From an uncultured Gemmatimonadales bacterium (lineage in GTDB: Bacteria; Gemmatimonadota; Gemmatimonadetes; Longimicrobiales; Longimicrobiaceae), in the NCBI GenBank assembly GCA_963716255.1, contig OY970303.1, forward strand, positions 768,001 to 832,000: a stretch of 64,000 nucleotides of DNA, read 5' to 3'. The notes beneath the pieces are model-generated. The model did not search any database. It worked only from the letters and a program-made list of their open reading frames with translations, and was not told the DNA's origin. Made by a program: the position numbers and the translations under genes. Below are positions 32,670 through 41,544 of this stretch, piece by piece. Every line of letters begins with the position of its first letter. Within the stretch, counting starts at the first letter, position 1.

Positions 32670-32710
32670 CGACGAAGCCCCGGCGCCGCTGTGCGGCGCC
32701 GGGGCTTCGT
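32670..32710. terminator. Bidirectional hairpin between convergent genes
   Basis: gacgaagccccggcgccgc-tgt-gcggcgccggggcttcgtc. Confidence 0.75.
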
Positions 32711-32738
32711 CTCGTGGGGCGCGGGGATGCCGCGTCGG

Positions 32739-33611
32739 CTACCCGCGCGCCCGGGCGAGCTTCCCTTCCAGGTTCTTTGCCCACGGCTCGCTGCGCATCC
32801 ACGCCGGATCGCGCGGAGAGAACAGGAACACCAGGGAGCCGTTGCTGATGGTGGGGATGAGCCAGCTGGCGCGGCCCTGGTCCATCGCCGGGCATCCTTC
32901 GCTGCGGCCGGCCGTACGGGGCGTCACGTACGGCGCGCCGTGCACCACCACGCCGCGGGCGCGGGCGCGGCTGTTGAAGAGCCCCGAGAGGCCGCGGAGC
33001 CGCAGCCCCACGGACCGGTAGCGTCCCCCGCCGGACGAGCCGTTGAAGGCGTAGGTCTCCTGCGTCAGGAACAGCCCCAGCGAGGTGGCGTTGCTTCCCT
33101 GCCGGTTGGAGAACTCTGTCGGCACGCCGTCGCGCGCCGCCGAGCCCCGCCCGTGGGCGACGGCGAACGGGCCGTCCACAACCGTCAGCGCCTCCATGTC
33201 GAACACGTAGCCGCGCGGGGTGCTGCTGTCCAGGCCGTAGTCCACGAAGTACAGGTACGGCTTGCGGACCACCCGCGGGTGCGCGTTCCGGTAGTTGTAG
33301 TAGGCCTGGAAGGCGTAGCGCAGCGCGTCCGGGTGGCTCTGCCTGCGCACCGCGTTCGCCAGCCGGTCCAGCGCGGTCTCCACCCGGCGCGCCGGGGCGT
33401 CGTCGTCCCTGCGGACGGCCGCCGCGAGGGAGCCGAGGGCCCTGCGGGCGACATGCACCGGCAGCGGCGAGGCGTCCGGGGCCTCGCGGGGGCCGTGGAG
33501 GACGGCCGCCGGACGGGTGGCGGCGTACGCGGACGGGGCGGGGAGCGCTACGCCGCTGAGGACGCCCAGGGACAGGGCGACGGCGGCGAGCATGCGCGGG
33601 TGTGGACGCAT
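32739..33611 (-). CDS. Murein L,D-transpeptidase catalytic domain family (YkuD_2) protein
   Basis: Signal peptide; VAHGRGS, FSN..GS.ATSLG, LRLRGL...N..A..RGVVVHGA, GRSEGCPA. Confidence 0.9.
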   Translation of the reverse strand: MRPHPRMLAAVALSLGVLSGVALPAPSAYAATRPAAVLHGPREAPDASPLPVHVARRALGSLAAAVRRDDDAPARRVETALDRLANAVRRQSHPDALRYAFQAYYNYRNAHPRVVRKPYLYFVDYGLDSSTPRGYVFDMEALTVVDGPFAVAHGRGSAARDGVPTEFSNRQGSNATSLGLFLTQETYAFNGSSGGGRYRSVGLRLRGLSGLFNSRARARGVVVHGAPYVTPRTAGRSEGCPAMDQGRASWLIPTISNGSLVFLFSPRDPAWMRSEPWAKNLEGKLARARG

Positions 33612-34050
33612 TGCTCTCTCTGGAGATCTGCGAGCGGATCCGGGCCGCGGGCGGCGCTCGGAAGCTCTGTGGTGTGGGATGGTCGCTCGGACTGCCGGAA
33701 GGCGCGCCTCAGCCGGGGCCGGGGCACCGCCGCGTGGGGTCAATCACCAGCGGACTGCGTGCGAGACGGGCCGGGCGCGCGGGGATCAGCATCGTACGGA
33801 AACGCCGGGGGACCGGCATGCGGAAGAACACATGCGGCGATCCGGTCCCGTGGGAGCCCGGATCACCCGTCACTGCCGCGTTCGATACTGCCGCGCTCGA
33901 TTTGTCTCGGTGCGGAATAATGTATACCGGTCATCGCCTCCGCAAGGGGGCTGCACACGCGGAGCGCGGCGGTCGGGGCCTCCCGGCCGGTCCCGGCGGC
34001 GACGTGGCTCGCGCGATGGGTGGACAGGCCGGGGCCGCGCGCCGGCTGGA

Positions 34051-34860
34051 TCAGTCGGGCGACAGGTCGATCATGCTCTCGCCGTTCACGTACGGCCGGG
34101 TGACGAGGGCTTCCACGTCCTCCAGCCGGCTGAGCACCCCCGCGATCCGCAGCCCCTGGTAGCGGACGCACTCGGCCCACCGGATCCGGTCCTCCTCGGA
34201 AAGGTCCGGCGCGGCCAGCAGGTCGGACACCAGGACGATCCCCGCGAGCGCGTTGTTCACCTCGTGCCGCAGGCCCGTGGACACCTCCTGGAGGGCCCGG
34301 TGCCGCTCGGCGGTCAGGAGCGCCTCCTGCTCCTCCTCCATCTGGCGGAGGAGGGTGCGCAGCTCGATCTCGGTGAGCGCCGAGCGGGCCATCTCCGCCA
34401 CGATGGCGACCTCGTCCTCGGTCCAGCGGCGCGGCCGGGAATCGCTGACGCAGAACGCGCCGAGCGCCTGCCCCTGTGCGTTGACGAGCGGGACCCCGGC
34501 GTAGCTGACGACGCCCATCCGGGTGACGGCGGGGCTGTCGCGGAGCCGGGGGTCGGTGCGCGCGTCCTCTACCAAGAACGGCTGTGCCCTGGCGACGGCG
34601 TACTTGCAGAAGGAGTAGTCGAGCGGGGCTTCCCGCGGCGTGGTCCAGGGGTCCGCGAGGCCCACGCAGCTCTTGATGATCTGGCAGTCCTCGTCCACCA
34701 GCGTCACCATGGTGAGGGGGACTTCCAGCAGCCGGTGGGCGAGCGCGGTCAGCCGGTCGAAAATCGCTTCCACGCCGGCGTCCAGCAGGCCGGAATCGCG
34801 CAGCGCGGCGAGCCTGGCGGGATCGCGCAGGACGGGGTCCAGGTCGGGGTCGGAGCTCAT
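34051..34860 (-). CDS. GAF-domain protein with C-terminal HisKA-like H-box and no ATPase domain
   Basis: RLAALRDSGLLD..FDRLT, SFCKY, YAGVPL, GAFCVSD..PR.W; then LRHEVNNAL and ends ..MIDL. Confidence 0.85.
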   Translation of the reverse strand: MSSDPDLDPVLRDPARLAALRDSGLLDAGVEAIFDRLTALAHRLLEVPLTMVTLVDEDCQIIKSCVGLADPWTTPREAPLDYSFCKYAVARAQPFLVEDARTDPRLRDSPAVTRMGVVSYAGVPLVNAQGQALGAFCVSDSRPRRWTEDEVAIVAEMARSALTEIELRTLLRQMEEEQEALLTAERHRALQEVSTGLRHEVNNALAGIVLVSDLLAAPDLSEEDRIRWAECVRYQGLRIAGVLSRLEDVEALVTRPYVNGESMIDLSPD

Positions 34861-34993
34861 GGGGCGCCACCGGGGAGAGAGGCCCGGCTCCATCCTGGCG
34901 TTCGCCGGACGGGGGCCAGCTCCCACGATAATGCACGCACCGGGGAATGTCACCAGCGGCGTGATCGAGCCACGTCCCCGCCTTCCGGAAGGC

Positions 34994-35467
34994 TCAGACG
35001 GGGGGCGTGGACAGCGGCGGCTCGCCGGGCGGGTCCGCCGGGCGCAGCGAGGTACGGACGTGGAAGGCCCCCGCCAGCGACTTGTGCACCGGGCACTGCT
35101 CCGCGATGTACAGCAGGCGGTCGCGCTGGGCGTCGTCCAGCACCCCGCGCACCGTGATCTCCCGCTCCAGCTGCGTGAGCTTCGCGTCCGGCTGCTCGCA
35201 CCGCACGCAGTCGGCGGCGTGGTCGCGGCCCTCGCGGAGCGCCACCGTCACCTCCTCCAGCGGCCAGCCTTTCCGCGCCGCGTACATGCGCAGCGTCATC
35301 CCCGTGCAGGCGCCCAGTGCCGCGAGGAGCAGGTCGTACGGGGTGGGGCCGGCGCCCGTGCCGCCCACGGCGGCCGGCTCGTCGGCGGTGAGGCGGAAGC
35401 CTCCCGCGTCGATGTCGGTGCGGTATCCGTCGCCCGCGGTGCGGGTGACGATCTCGGTTCCGGCCAT
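34994..35467 (-). CDS. OsmC-family protein
   Basis: ADEP..VGG...GPTPYDLLLAALGACT.MTLRMYA, CPVHKSL. Confidence 0.92.
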   Translation of the reverse strand: MAGTEIVTRTAGDGYRTDIDAGGFRLTADEPAAVGGTGAGPTPYDLLLAALGACTGMTLRMYAARKGWPLEEVTVALREGRDHAADCVRCEQPDAKLTQLEREITVRGVLDDAQRDRLLYIAEQCPVHKSLAGAFHVRTSLRPADPPGEPPLSTPPV

Positions 35468-35667
35468 GTGCCTCCGGGGGCGGCGCGGTGTCCGCGTCTG
35501 CGGATCGTGGAGAGCGGAGCGCCGATGCACGCGCCGCCATGCCTTTGCACGGTAACGCGCCCACCCCGAGTCGGCCAGGATCGTGTCCCGCCGCCGTCAG
35601 CTTCCTCGCGTACCGCTGCCGCCCCATGCGCTCGCTAGCGCCACCTTAGAGCCGTTCCCGAAAGAGA

Positions 35668-36273
35668 TTAGAGCAAGTAGCCGCAGTGCTGGAACCAGCC
35701 GTGGGCATCCTCAGCCGTGATGCGGTCGAGGAGTTCGGCCAGTGCGCTCTCCAGCGCCTCCATCGAGCGGGCTGCCGCCGTACGCAGGAGGGTCTTGAGC
35801 TTGCTCCAGGCCTGCTCGATCGGCGCGAAATCGGGCGAGTAGGGCGGCAGGTAGAGCAGACGCAAGCCTGCCGCGTGGAGCTTCTCGCGCACCTTCGGCA
35901 CCAGATGCGGCTTCAGGTTGTCCAGGACCACGATCGCACCGGGCTTCTTCTCCACCAGGTCGGGGATCAGAACCTGATCGAGGTAAGCGAGGAAGACCGG
36001 CGTATCGGTGGCCGCTGGAATGCTCATGACGCCGAGCAGCCCCTCCAGGGCGAGCCCGCCCAGGATCGTCAGCCGCTTGTAGTTGCCGAACGGCACGCTG
36101 CCTCGCGCCCGCGCTCCGGGAGCGGCACGGGCGTAGCGGCGCACCATGTGGGTGTCGATGCCGCTCTCGTCCACGAAGACCAGAGCCCGCACGTCGACTC
36201 CGGCAATCGTTTCGCGGAACTCGGCCCGCTTCTGCTGAACGTCGGATCGGTCCTGTTCAGCGGCTCGCAGCGT
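35668..36273 (-). CDS. IS630 transposase OrfB (DDE), reached by frameshift at the A8 run
   Basis: TLRAAEQDR...VFVDESG, VVLDNL..H, YLPPYSPDFAPIEQAWSKLK. Confidence 0.9.
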   Translation of the reverse strand, partial: TLRAAEQDRSDVQQKRAEFRETIAGVDVRALVFVDESGIDTHMVRRYARAAPGARARGSVPFGNYKRLTILGGLALEGLLGVMSIPAATDTPVFLAYLDQVLIPDLVEKKPGAIVVLDNLKPHLVPKVREKLHAAGLRLLYLPPYSPDFAPIEQAWSKLKTLLRTAAARSMEALESALAELLDRITAEDAHGWFQHCGYLL

Positions 36274-36625
36274 TTTTTTTCCGCGGTAGCTTCAGCTTCT
36301 GTAGCGCACGGTGGAGTGCCGAACGGCTCACACTCACCCCCATGCGTTCTTCCACCAAGGCGCGATACTCCTTGATGGTGCGGTCATTCGCTTGCTCGAC
36401 CATGTCCGCCAATTGCTTCATCCGCTCTTCATCCAGCCTCGGCTGCGGTCCGCCTGCGTGCGGGAGAGGCGCCAAGGTGGCGTCCTCCTTCCAGCGCCGA
36501 AGCCAAATGTAGAGCGTGGCCTCTCCGATCTCGAATTGCCGGGCCACCTCGGCGCGCGTCATCTCTCCCTTCAGTGCCGCGGAAACAGCACGTTGACGCA
36601 AATCTGCTGAGTAAGGTGCTGCCAT
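36257..36625 (-). CDS. IS630 transposase OrfA (HTH)
   Basis: YSADLRQR, VARQF.I, ends LPRKKN over an A8 run. Confidence 0.9.
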   Translation of the reverse strand: MAAPYSADLRQRAVSAALKGEMTRAEVARQFEIGEATLYIWLRRWKEDATLAPLPHAGGPQPRLDEERMKQLADMVEQANDRTIKEYRALVEERMGVSVSRSALHRALQKLKLPRKKNAASR

Positions 36626-36720
36626 CGTACTCCTGTGCAGTCCTGAGACTTAAAACTGCACCCGTTACCCTTGCGGCGTCCTATTGGTCCACCTGGGAAC
36701 CGCTCTAAAAACAGCATCTA

Positions 36721-37113
36721 CTACCTGGACCGGCCCCACGTCAGCCTCCACAGTCCGCGCGCCGAGAGGATGACGGAGAAGAGCGCGGTCACGCCGAGCG
36801 CGATGAGCGTCCAGATGAAGAAGAAGGCTCCGCCGGAGCTGGCGATGGGCCCGTCGACGCCGACCCCCGTCCCCCTCATGTGCAGGACGGGGATGCCCAG
36901 CCCGAGGAGCGCCCCGAGGAGCATGACGACGTACCCGGACCGCCGCTCGGCGAGCACCAGCGCTCCGTACAGCCAGACGACGCAGATGGGCAGCGCCGTG
37001 AGGTTCCAGAGCCCTCCCTTCTCGAACCCGCGGACGATGTCGTCCGCCAGGTGGAACGTGAAGAGGAGGATCGAGAGCAGGGATGCGATGGTCAGCATGG
37101 CGCCTTGTTTCAT
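36721..37113 (-). CDS. Hypothetical 4-TM membrane protein
   Basis: 130 aa, hydrophobic, FHLADD motif; GAGG RBS; 3 bp from the upstream gene. Confidence 0.75.
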   Translation of the reverse strand: MKQGAMLTIASLLSILLFTFHLADDIVRGFEKGGLWNLTALPICVVWLYGALVLAERRSGYVVMLLGALLGLGIPVLHMRGTGVGVDGPIASSGGAFFFIWTLIALGVTALFSVILSARGLWRLTWGRSR

Positions 37114-37116
37114 CGC

Positions 37117-37836
37117 TCACCTCGCGTGCGTGGCGGGCGCCAACGGATCGTGCCGGACGAGCACCGGCAGCGGGCGGCGGCCGCGGACCCTCCACAGCCA
37201 GTAGAACATCGCGCCGAACAGCAGCAGGATCGGCAGCGCGCGCATCGGCCCCGTCGTGAACGGCTCGGGAAGGACCTTCGCCACGCGCTCCTGGATGGAA
37301 AAGAACGACCCGGCCGCGATGAACAGCGCGAAGCACATCCGCCACAGGTGGCGCGCCAGGCGCGGTCCGCCGCGCGGCGCGCCGGATCGCAGGATGCGCA
37401 GGTCCCCCGCCGCCGCCAGGAGGAGGGCGGTGGCGAGGACGAAGGACATCACGCCGATGGTGCGGAACGGGACGCCGCCGGGGGAAAGGAGTGGGCTGCC
37501 GATCATCCGGACACCGCCCACGATCGCCAGGAGCGCGAGTCCGACCGCGACCGTCAGCGCCGCCGCATTGATCCGGCGGGTCCAGGAAGATGCGGGACGG
37601 ACTGTCGTCCACGCCGTGCCGACGAAGTAGGCGGTCAGGACGGCCGCCACCACGTTCCCGTCGGCGAGACCATTGCGGAGCCCCAGGATGGCGGCGCTGG
37701 TGCTCATGACGAGCATGGCCCCGACGAACAGCAGGCCGCTGCGGCGGTGGAGGGTCCCGCCCTTCTTCGCCAGCAGGGCGACGGCGCCGAGAATGATGGC
37801 GAGCCCGCCCGCGGCGATGTGGACCGGCAAGAGCAT
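37117..37836 (-). CDS. DUF2306-like membrane protein
   Basis: GAGGAGG RBS, ATG 37836; HIAAG..A...G..AL.AKKG..LHRRSG, RHLWRM. Confidence 0.8.
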   Translation of the reverse strand: MLLPVHIAAGGLAIILGAVALLAKKGGTLHRRSGLLFVGAMLVMSTSAAILGLRNGLADGNVVAAVLTAYFVGTAWTTVRPASSWTRRINAAALTVAVGLALLAIVGGVRMIGSPLLSPGGVPFRTIGVMSFVLATALLLAAAGDLRILRSGAPRGGPRLARHLWRMCFALFIAAGSFFSIQERVAKVLPEPFTTGPMRALPILLLFGAMFYWLWRVRGRRPLPVLVRHDPLAPATHAR

Positions 37837-38054
37837 GTGTCCTCCTCGGGATGAGCAGCCTCGACGGAGTGTTCCAGGCTGCCGGGAGACGTTGCGAGCA
37901 ACGAAGGCGAGGCCTGGTGACGGATGTCGATCAGGGAGATCGACCCGGGACGGTCCGGAGTCGCCGGAGCTGCGCCGTCGGCGACGCGGTGCTTCGGCCT
38001 CCACCGTCCTCGTGCGAAGCAAGTTTGCGGGGGGCGCCCTCGGGAACAACCGGA

Positions 38055-38090
38055 TTGCGACGAAGGGCGGAATCGTGCGGACGAGCGGCG
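38055..38090 (-). promoter_or_regulatory. Putative LytTR direct-repeat operator upstream of the membrane-protein operon
   Basis: cgacgaaggg and ggacgagcgg spaced 21 bp; aligns without gaps to 40097-40132. Confidence 0.65.
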
Positions 38091-38091
38091 G

Positions 38092-38880
38092 CTACATCTG
38101 CCTGAACAGGTGCACGAAGCTGCGGCTCACGGGCAGCACCTCGCCGCGACCCCTGAGGTGGATCTCCGCCGTCTCGTTCTCATGCCGCTTCACGTGGCGG
38201 ATCGAGCGCAGGTTCACGACGACCGAGCGGTGGACCTGCGCGAACTTCTCCGGATCGAGCTTCTCGAGCAGCTCCTTGAGCGGCGTCCGGACCACCGCCT
38301 CGGCGGGCTTTCCCCCGTCGCGCCAGGCGACGAGCGTGTACTTCGCGTCGGACCGGAGGTAGTCGACGTCGTCGATCGCGATGAGGCGCACGGTCATCCC
38401 CGACTGTGCCCGGATCCAGCGCAGCGGCTCGCGCCGGCCGCCGCCCTGCAGCATCGCGAGCTGGGCGCTGAGCTGCTGCAGGAGCTGCTCCGTGTTGACC
38501 GCGGGCCTCGACGACCGCAGCCGTTCCTCGAGACGGCTCACGGTCTCCGCGAGCCGCGCCTGTTCGACCGGCTTCAGGAGGTAGTCGAGCGCGCCCTGCG
38601 CGAAGGCCTGCACCGCGTAGTGGTCGTACGCGGTGACGAACACGACGTGCGCGCGGCGGCCTATGTGGTTCGCGGCATCCACGCCGGAAAGGCCCGGCAT
38701 GTGGATGTCGAGGAAGCAGATGTCGGGATGCCGCTCCTCGAACAGCCGCACCGCCTCCCGCCCGTTGCGCGCCTCGGCCACGATCTCGAGCTCGGGCCAG
38801 ACCTCCGCGAGCTGGCGCCGCAGCGCGTCGCGCAGCAGCGGCTCGTCGTCGGCGATCAGCGCCGTGGCGTGGGCGCTCAT
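38092..38880 (-). CDS. LytTR-family response regulator
   Basis: IADDEP, FLDIHMPG, FVTAYD, DYLLKP, FAQVHRS, VSRS. Confidence 0.95.
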   Translation of the reverse strand: MSAHATALIADDEPLLRDALRRQLAEVWPELEIVAEARNGREAVRLFEERHPDICFLDIHMPGLSGVDAANHIGRRAHVVFVTAYDHYAVQAFAQGALDYLLKPVEQARLAETVSRLEERLRSSRPAVNTEQLLQQLSAQLAMLQGGGRREPLRWIRAQSGMTVRLIAIDDVDYLRSDAKYTLVAWRDGGKPAEAVVRTPLKELLEKLDPEKFAQVHRSVVVNLRSIRHVKRHENETAEIHLRGRGEVLPVSRSFVHLFRQM

Positions 38881-39932
38881 GTCCGTGCCGGCATGTCGAC
38901 TTCGACGGCGACACCGCGGGGCGAGCCGGATGTCAGGCGCAGCTGCGCCGCATCGCCGAAGTTCAGCCTCAGCCGCTCGCGCAGGGTCGTCAGCCCGGTC
39001 CCCAGACCGTTCGCCGACGAACGGAGTCCGACCCCCGTGTCGGTCACGCGGACCACGCAGCGCTCGCCGACCCGCTTAATGTCGATGTCGATCCGGCCGC
39101 CTTCTTCGCTGGGGTCGATCCCGTGCCGTACGGCATTCTCCACCAGGGTCAGCAGCGTGGTCGGGGGGCAGCGAAGCTCCAGCGCCGCCGGGTCGACGCG
39201 CATCGCGTACTGCAGGCGATCGGGGATGCGCATCTGCATCAGCTCGAGGTACGGCCGGACGAGCTGCAGCTCGCGCTCGATCGTCGCCACGGGCTCGTGG
39301 AGCTGCGGCACCGCCGCGCGGAGGTACTGGACCAGGCTGCGAAGCACGGTGGACGCCTGCGGCGAGCGCGCATCGACGAGTGCCTGCACGTTCGCGAGCG
39401 TGTTGAAGAGGAAGTGCGGGGCGACGCGCGCCTGGAGCAGGTGCAGCCGCGCGTCGAGCGCCTGCCGCTCGAGCTCGCTGCGTTCCAGCGCGAACGCGAG
39501 CTCCTGGTGGCGGGCGAAGGCTTCCTTCTGCCGCACGACCGCCGCGAGCGCCGTCCACGGCGCGATGAGGAGGGCGAGGTGGGTGAGGAGCATCCAGTCG
39601 TGGTGCTCCAGGTATGGCGGAGCGCCCGGTGGAGGAGGGTAGTACATCGCGAACAGCGTGATCGGCACGGAAGCACCCACGGCGGCGACCTGGAGGACCC
39701 ATCGCTGGAACCAGGGCGGCAGCCTCCGGGGCCACGCTTCGAAGAGCACGAAGGCGGTCGTCGCCGACAGGCCCAGGATGATGGCGCGGACGAAGAACGA
39801 GGACGGATCGCTCTTCGCCAGGTTGTACAGCAGGAGTCCGACGGCGGTGGAGATCGTCATCGCGACGGCGGCGCGACGCGCCGTCTTCGCGATGATGCCC
39901 ACCGGTCTCGCGGCCGCCGCCTCTTCGGTCAT
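38877..39932 (-). CDS. LytS/AlgZ-type sensor histidine kinase
   Basis: TM region, LQARVAPHFLFNTL, LVENAVRHG, DTGVG, GTGL..LRERL; start uncertain (39932/39953). Confidence 0.92.
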   Translation of the reverse strand: MTEEAAAARPVGIIAKTARRAAVAMTISTAVGLLLYNLAKSDPSSFFVRAIILGLSATTAFVLFEAWPRRLPPWFQRWVLQVAAVGASVPITLFAMYYPPPPGAPPYLEHHDWMLLTHLALLIAPWTALAAVVRQKEAFARHQELAFALERSELERQALDARLHLLQARVAPHFLFNTLANVQALVDARSPQASTVLRSLVQYLRAAVPQLHEPVATIERELQLVRPYLELMQMRIPDRLQYAMRVDPAALELRCPPTTLLTLVENAVRHGIDPSEEGGRIDIDIKRVGERCVVRVTDTGVGLRSSANGLGTGLTTLRERLRLNFGDAAQLRLTSGSPRGVAVEVDMPART

Positions 39933-40096
39933 CGCCGCTCGGGCTCCCTTCATCGTGGCTGCGATCAGGCCGGAGGCTCGCATCCCCTTCGCGGCCCGGA
40001 TCACCTCACGGGCGAGTTTCCAGAGCAGGACGGGAGGCGCCGATTCGTGAACAGAGACCACGAATATGCGCCGCGGGTCACGAGAGTGACAGCGCT

Positions 40097-40132
40097 TTGC
40101 GATGAACGGCGGATTCCCGCGCATGAACCGCG
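40097..40132 (-). promoter_or_regulatory. Putative LytTR direct-repeat operator upstream of the kinase
   Basis: cgatgaacgg and gcatgaaccg spaced 21 bp; homologous to 38055-38090. Confidence 0.65.
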
Positions 40133-40253
40133 AAAACAACCTCTGGAGGACCGGCGGCTTGTTTGCACCGACGAAAGGCCCGACAACGAACGAGTCGTTG
40201 CCGGGCCTCAGCTCAATCAGAACAGGAGATTACGGGACGTTTCCGACGGGTAG

Positions 40254-40327
40254 TGGGCACTGAGGGATTCGAACCCCCGACCCCCTGTGTGTAAGACAGG
40301 TGCTCTAACCAGCTGAGCTAAGCGCCC
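40254..40327 (-). tRNA. tRNA-Val(TAC)
   Basis: GGGCGCTTAGCTCAGCTGGTTAGAGC..CT-TAC-AC..GGTTCGAATCC..GTGCCCA; followed by CTA, so CCA is not encoded. Confidence 0.97.
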
Positions 40328-40587
40328 TTCTCCCGGTCCCTGCCCTGCCAGATGATCCCCAGCGGGATCAGCACCACGTACCCCAGCACCAGCAGCGCCG
40401 GCGCCAGGTCCACGGAGCCGCCGTTCAGCAGCACGTACCCGAGGACGATGCTCACCAGCCCCGCGGCGAGCAGGATCCAGTTCTGCAAGGAGAACCGGAC
40501 CGTCCCCTCGCCGTCGGTGCGGGAAGCGGCCGCCGAGCTGGAAGCGGCGGGCCGGCGCGGGCTCTGTGCGGGCGTAGGTCTGGGCAT
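40318..40587 (-). CDS. Small two-TM membrane protein
   Basis: FSLQNWILL..G...GY.LL...LAP.LLVLGY.VLIP.GI; stop codon lies inside the tRNA 5' end. Confidence 0.75.
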   Translation of the reverse strand: MPRPTPAQSPRRPAASSSAAASRTDGEGTVRFSLQNWILLAAGLVSIVLGYVLLNGGSVDLAPALLVLGYVVLIPLGIIWQGRDREKGA

Positions 40588-40596
40588 GGGCGAAAC

Positions 40597-41544
40597 CTAT
40601 TCCAGGGGATATTGGACGTCAACCCCGTCCTCACGGGGCGGCGGGAGCATCCGTTCCTCCAGCCTCATCTCCGCCAGGCGGGCCCGGTCCCGCCGCCGGC
40701 GGAGCGCGAAGAGCACCACCAGCAGCCCCGCCGCGAGCACCCAGAACACCCCCGCCTGCGCGCCGACGAGGAGCCAGCCGTAGCGGCGGCGCACCCCGCG
40801 CGCCCACTCCTCCTCGAACTGCCCCATCGTCATCCCGTACGCCGAGCGGATCGCGCGGTCCAGCGTCCCCTCGCGCTTCCAGGCCTGCATCAGCAGCTCG
40901 AACCCGCCCGGCCCGCTGCGCTCCGCCAGGTGGCGCACCGCCGTCGCCGAAAGCAGGTAGGCGAGCCGCGCGTCCTCCTCCCCCGCCGGCCAGTCCAGCG
41001 AGATCGAGTCCAGCGGCGGCGCGCGCCCGGTGAGGAACGCCAGCCGCAGCTGCCACCCCGCTGACGCGTCCCACCCGCCCGAGGCCCACTGCGCGTACCC
41101 CTCGTCGAACCAGCGCGGCACGTTCTCCCCCAGCTCGCGGTGCACGGCCAGGTGGAGCAGCTCGTGGCGGAGCGTGGTCCCCAGGTCGCGGGGCTCCGAG
41201 CGCGGCGTGGCGTACAGGGGGAGGACGACGAGGCGCGCCGCGGGGAAGGCCACCCCGGCGCCCCACTCCGGGATGCGCCCGCCGGTGACCGAGTCCCACA
41301 CGGCGCGCGAGGGCGCCAGCACGATGGTCGCGGGGATGGGGCGGCGCGCGTCCGGGAAGCCGGGGAGCGGGAACGGTTCCAGCGAGGCCGCCAGCACCTC
41401 CTCCGCGCGAGGGCGGCTCCCGGGAAAGAACACCACCCGCACCGAATCCGCCATGAGCACCTGCCCTCCCCCGCCCGCCGCCGCCGGGGCCTGCGCGAGC
41501 GCCGCGCCCGCCCAGGCGAGCGCGAGCAGCAGCGCAGCGGTCAG
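40597..41544 (-). CDS. Peptidase MA-like (HExxH) metallohydrolase with C-terminal TM anchor
   Basis: LRHELLH, PRWFDEGYA, AY..S; signal-like N-terminus implies a CTGA-overlap start near 41544 (first ATG at 41454). Confidence 0.8.
   Translation of the reverse strand: MTAALLLALAWAGAALAQAPAAAGGGGQVLMADSVRVVFFPGSRPRAEEVLAASLEPFPLPGFPDARRPIPATIVLAPSRAVWDSVTGGRIPEWGAGVAFPAARLVVLPLYATPRSEPRDLGTTLRHELLHLAVHRELGENVPRWFDEGYAQWASGGWDASAGWQLRLAFLTGRAPPLDSISLDWPAGEEDARLAYLLSATAVRHLAERSGPGGFELLMQAWKREGTLDRAIRSAYGMTMGQFEEEWARGVRRRYGWLLVGAQAGVFWVLAAGLLVVLFALRRRRDRARLAEMRLEERMLPPPREDGVDVQYPLE

Larger units (their letters stand above)
35647..36707 (-). mobile_element. Complete IS630-family insertion sequence
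   Basis: Ends TAGAGCCGTTCCC / GGGAACCGCTCTA (12/13 inverted match including the TA target); lower GC; two-ORF transposase. Confidence 0.92.

Noticed and set aside
40254..40300. tRNA-Val as an integration site with att duplication
   Set aside because: I found no second copy of the tRNA 3' end and no integrase in the window.
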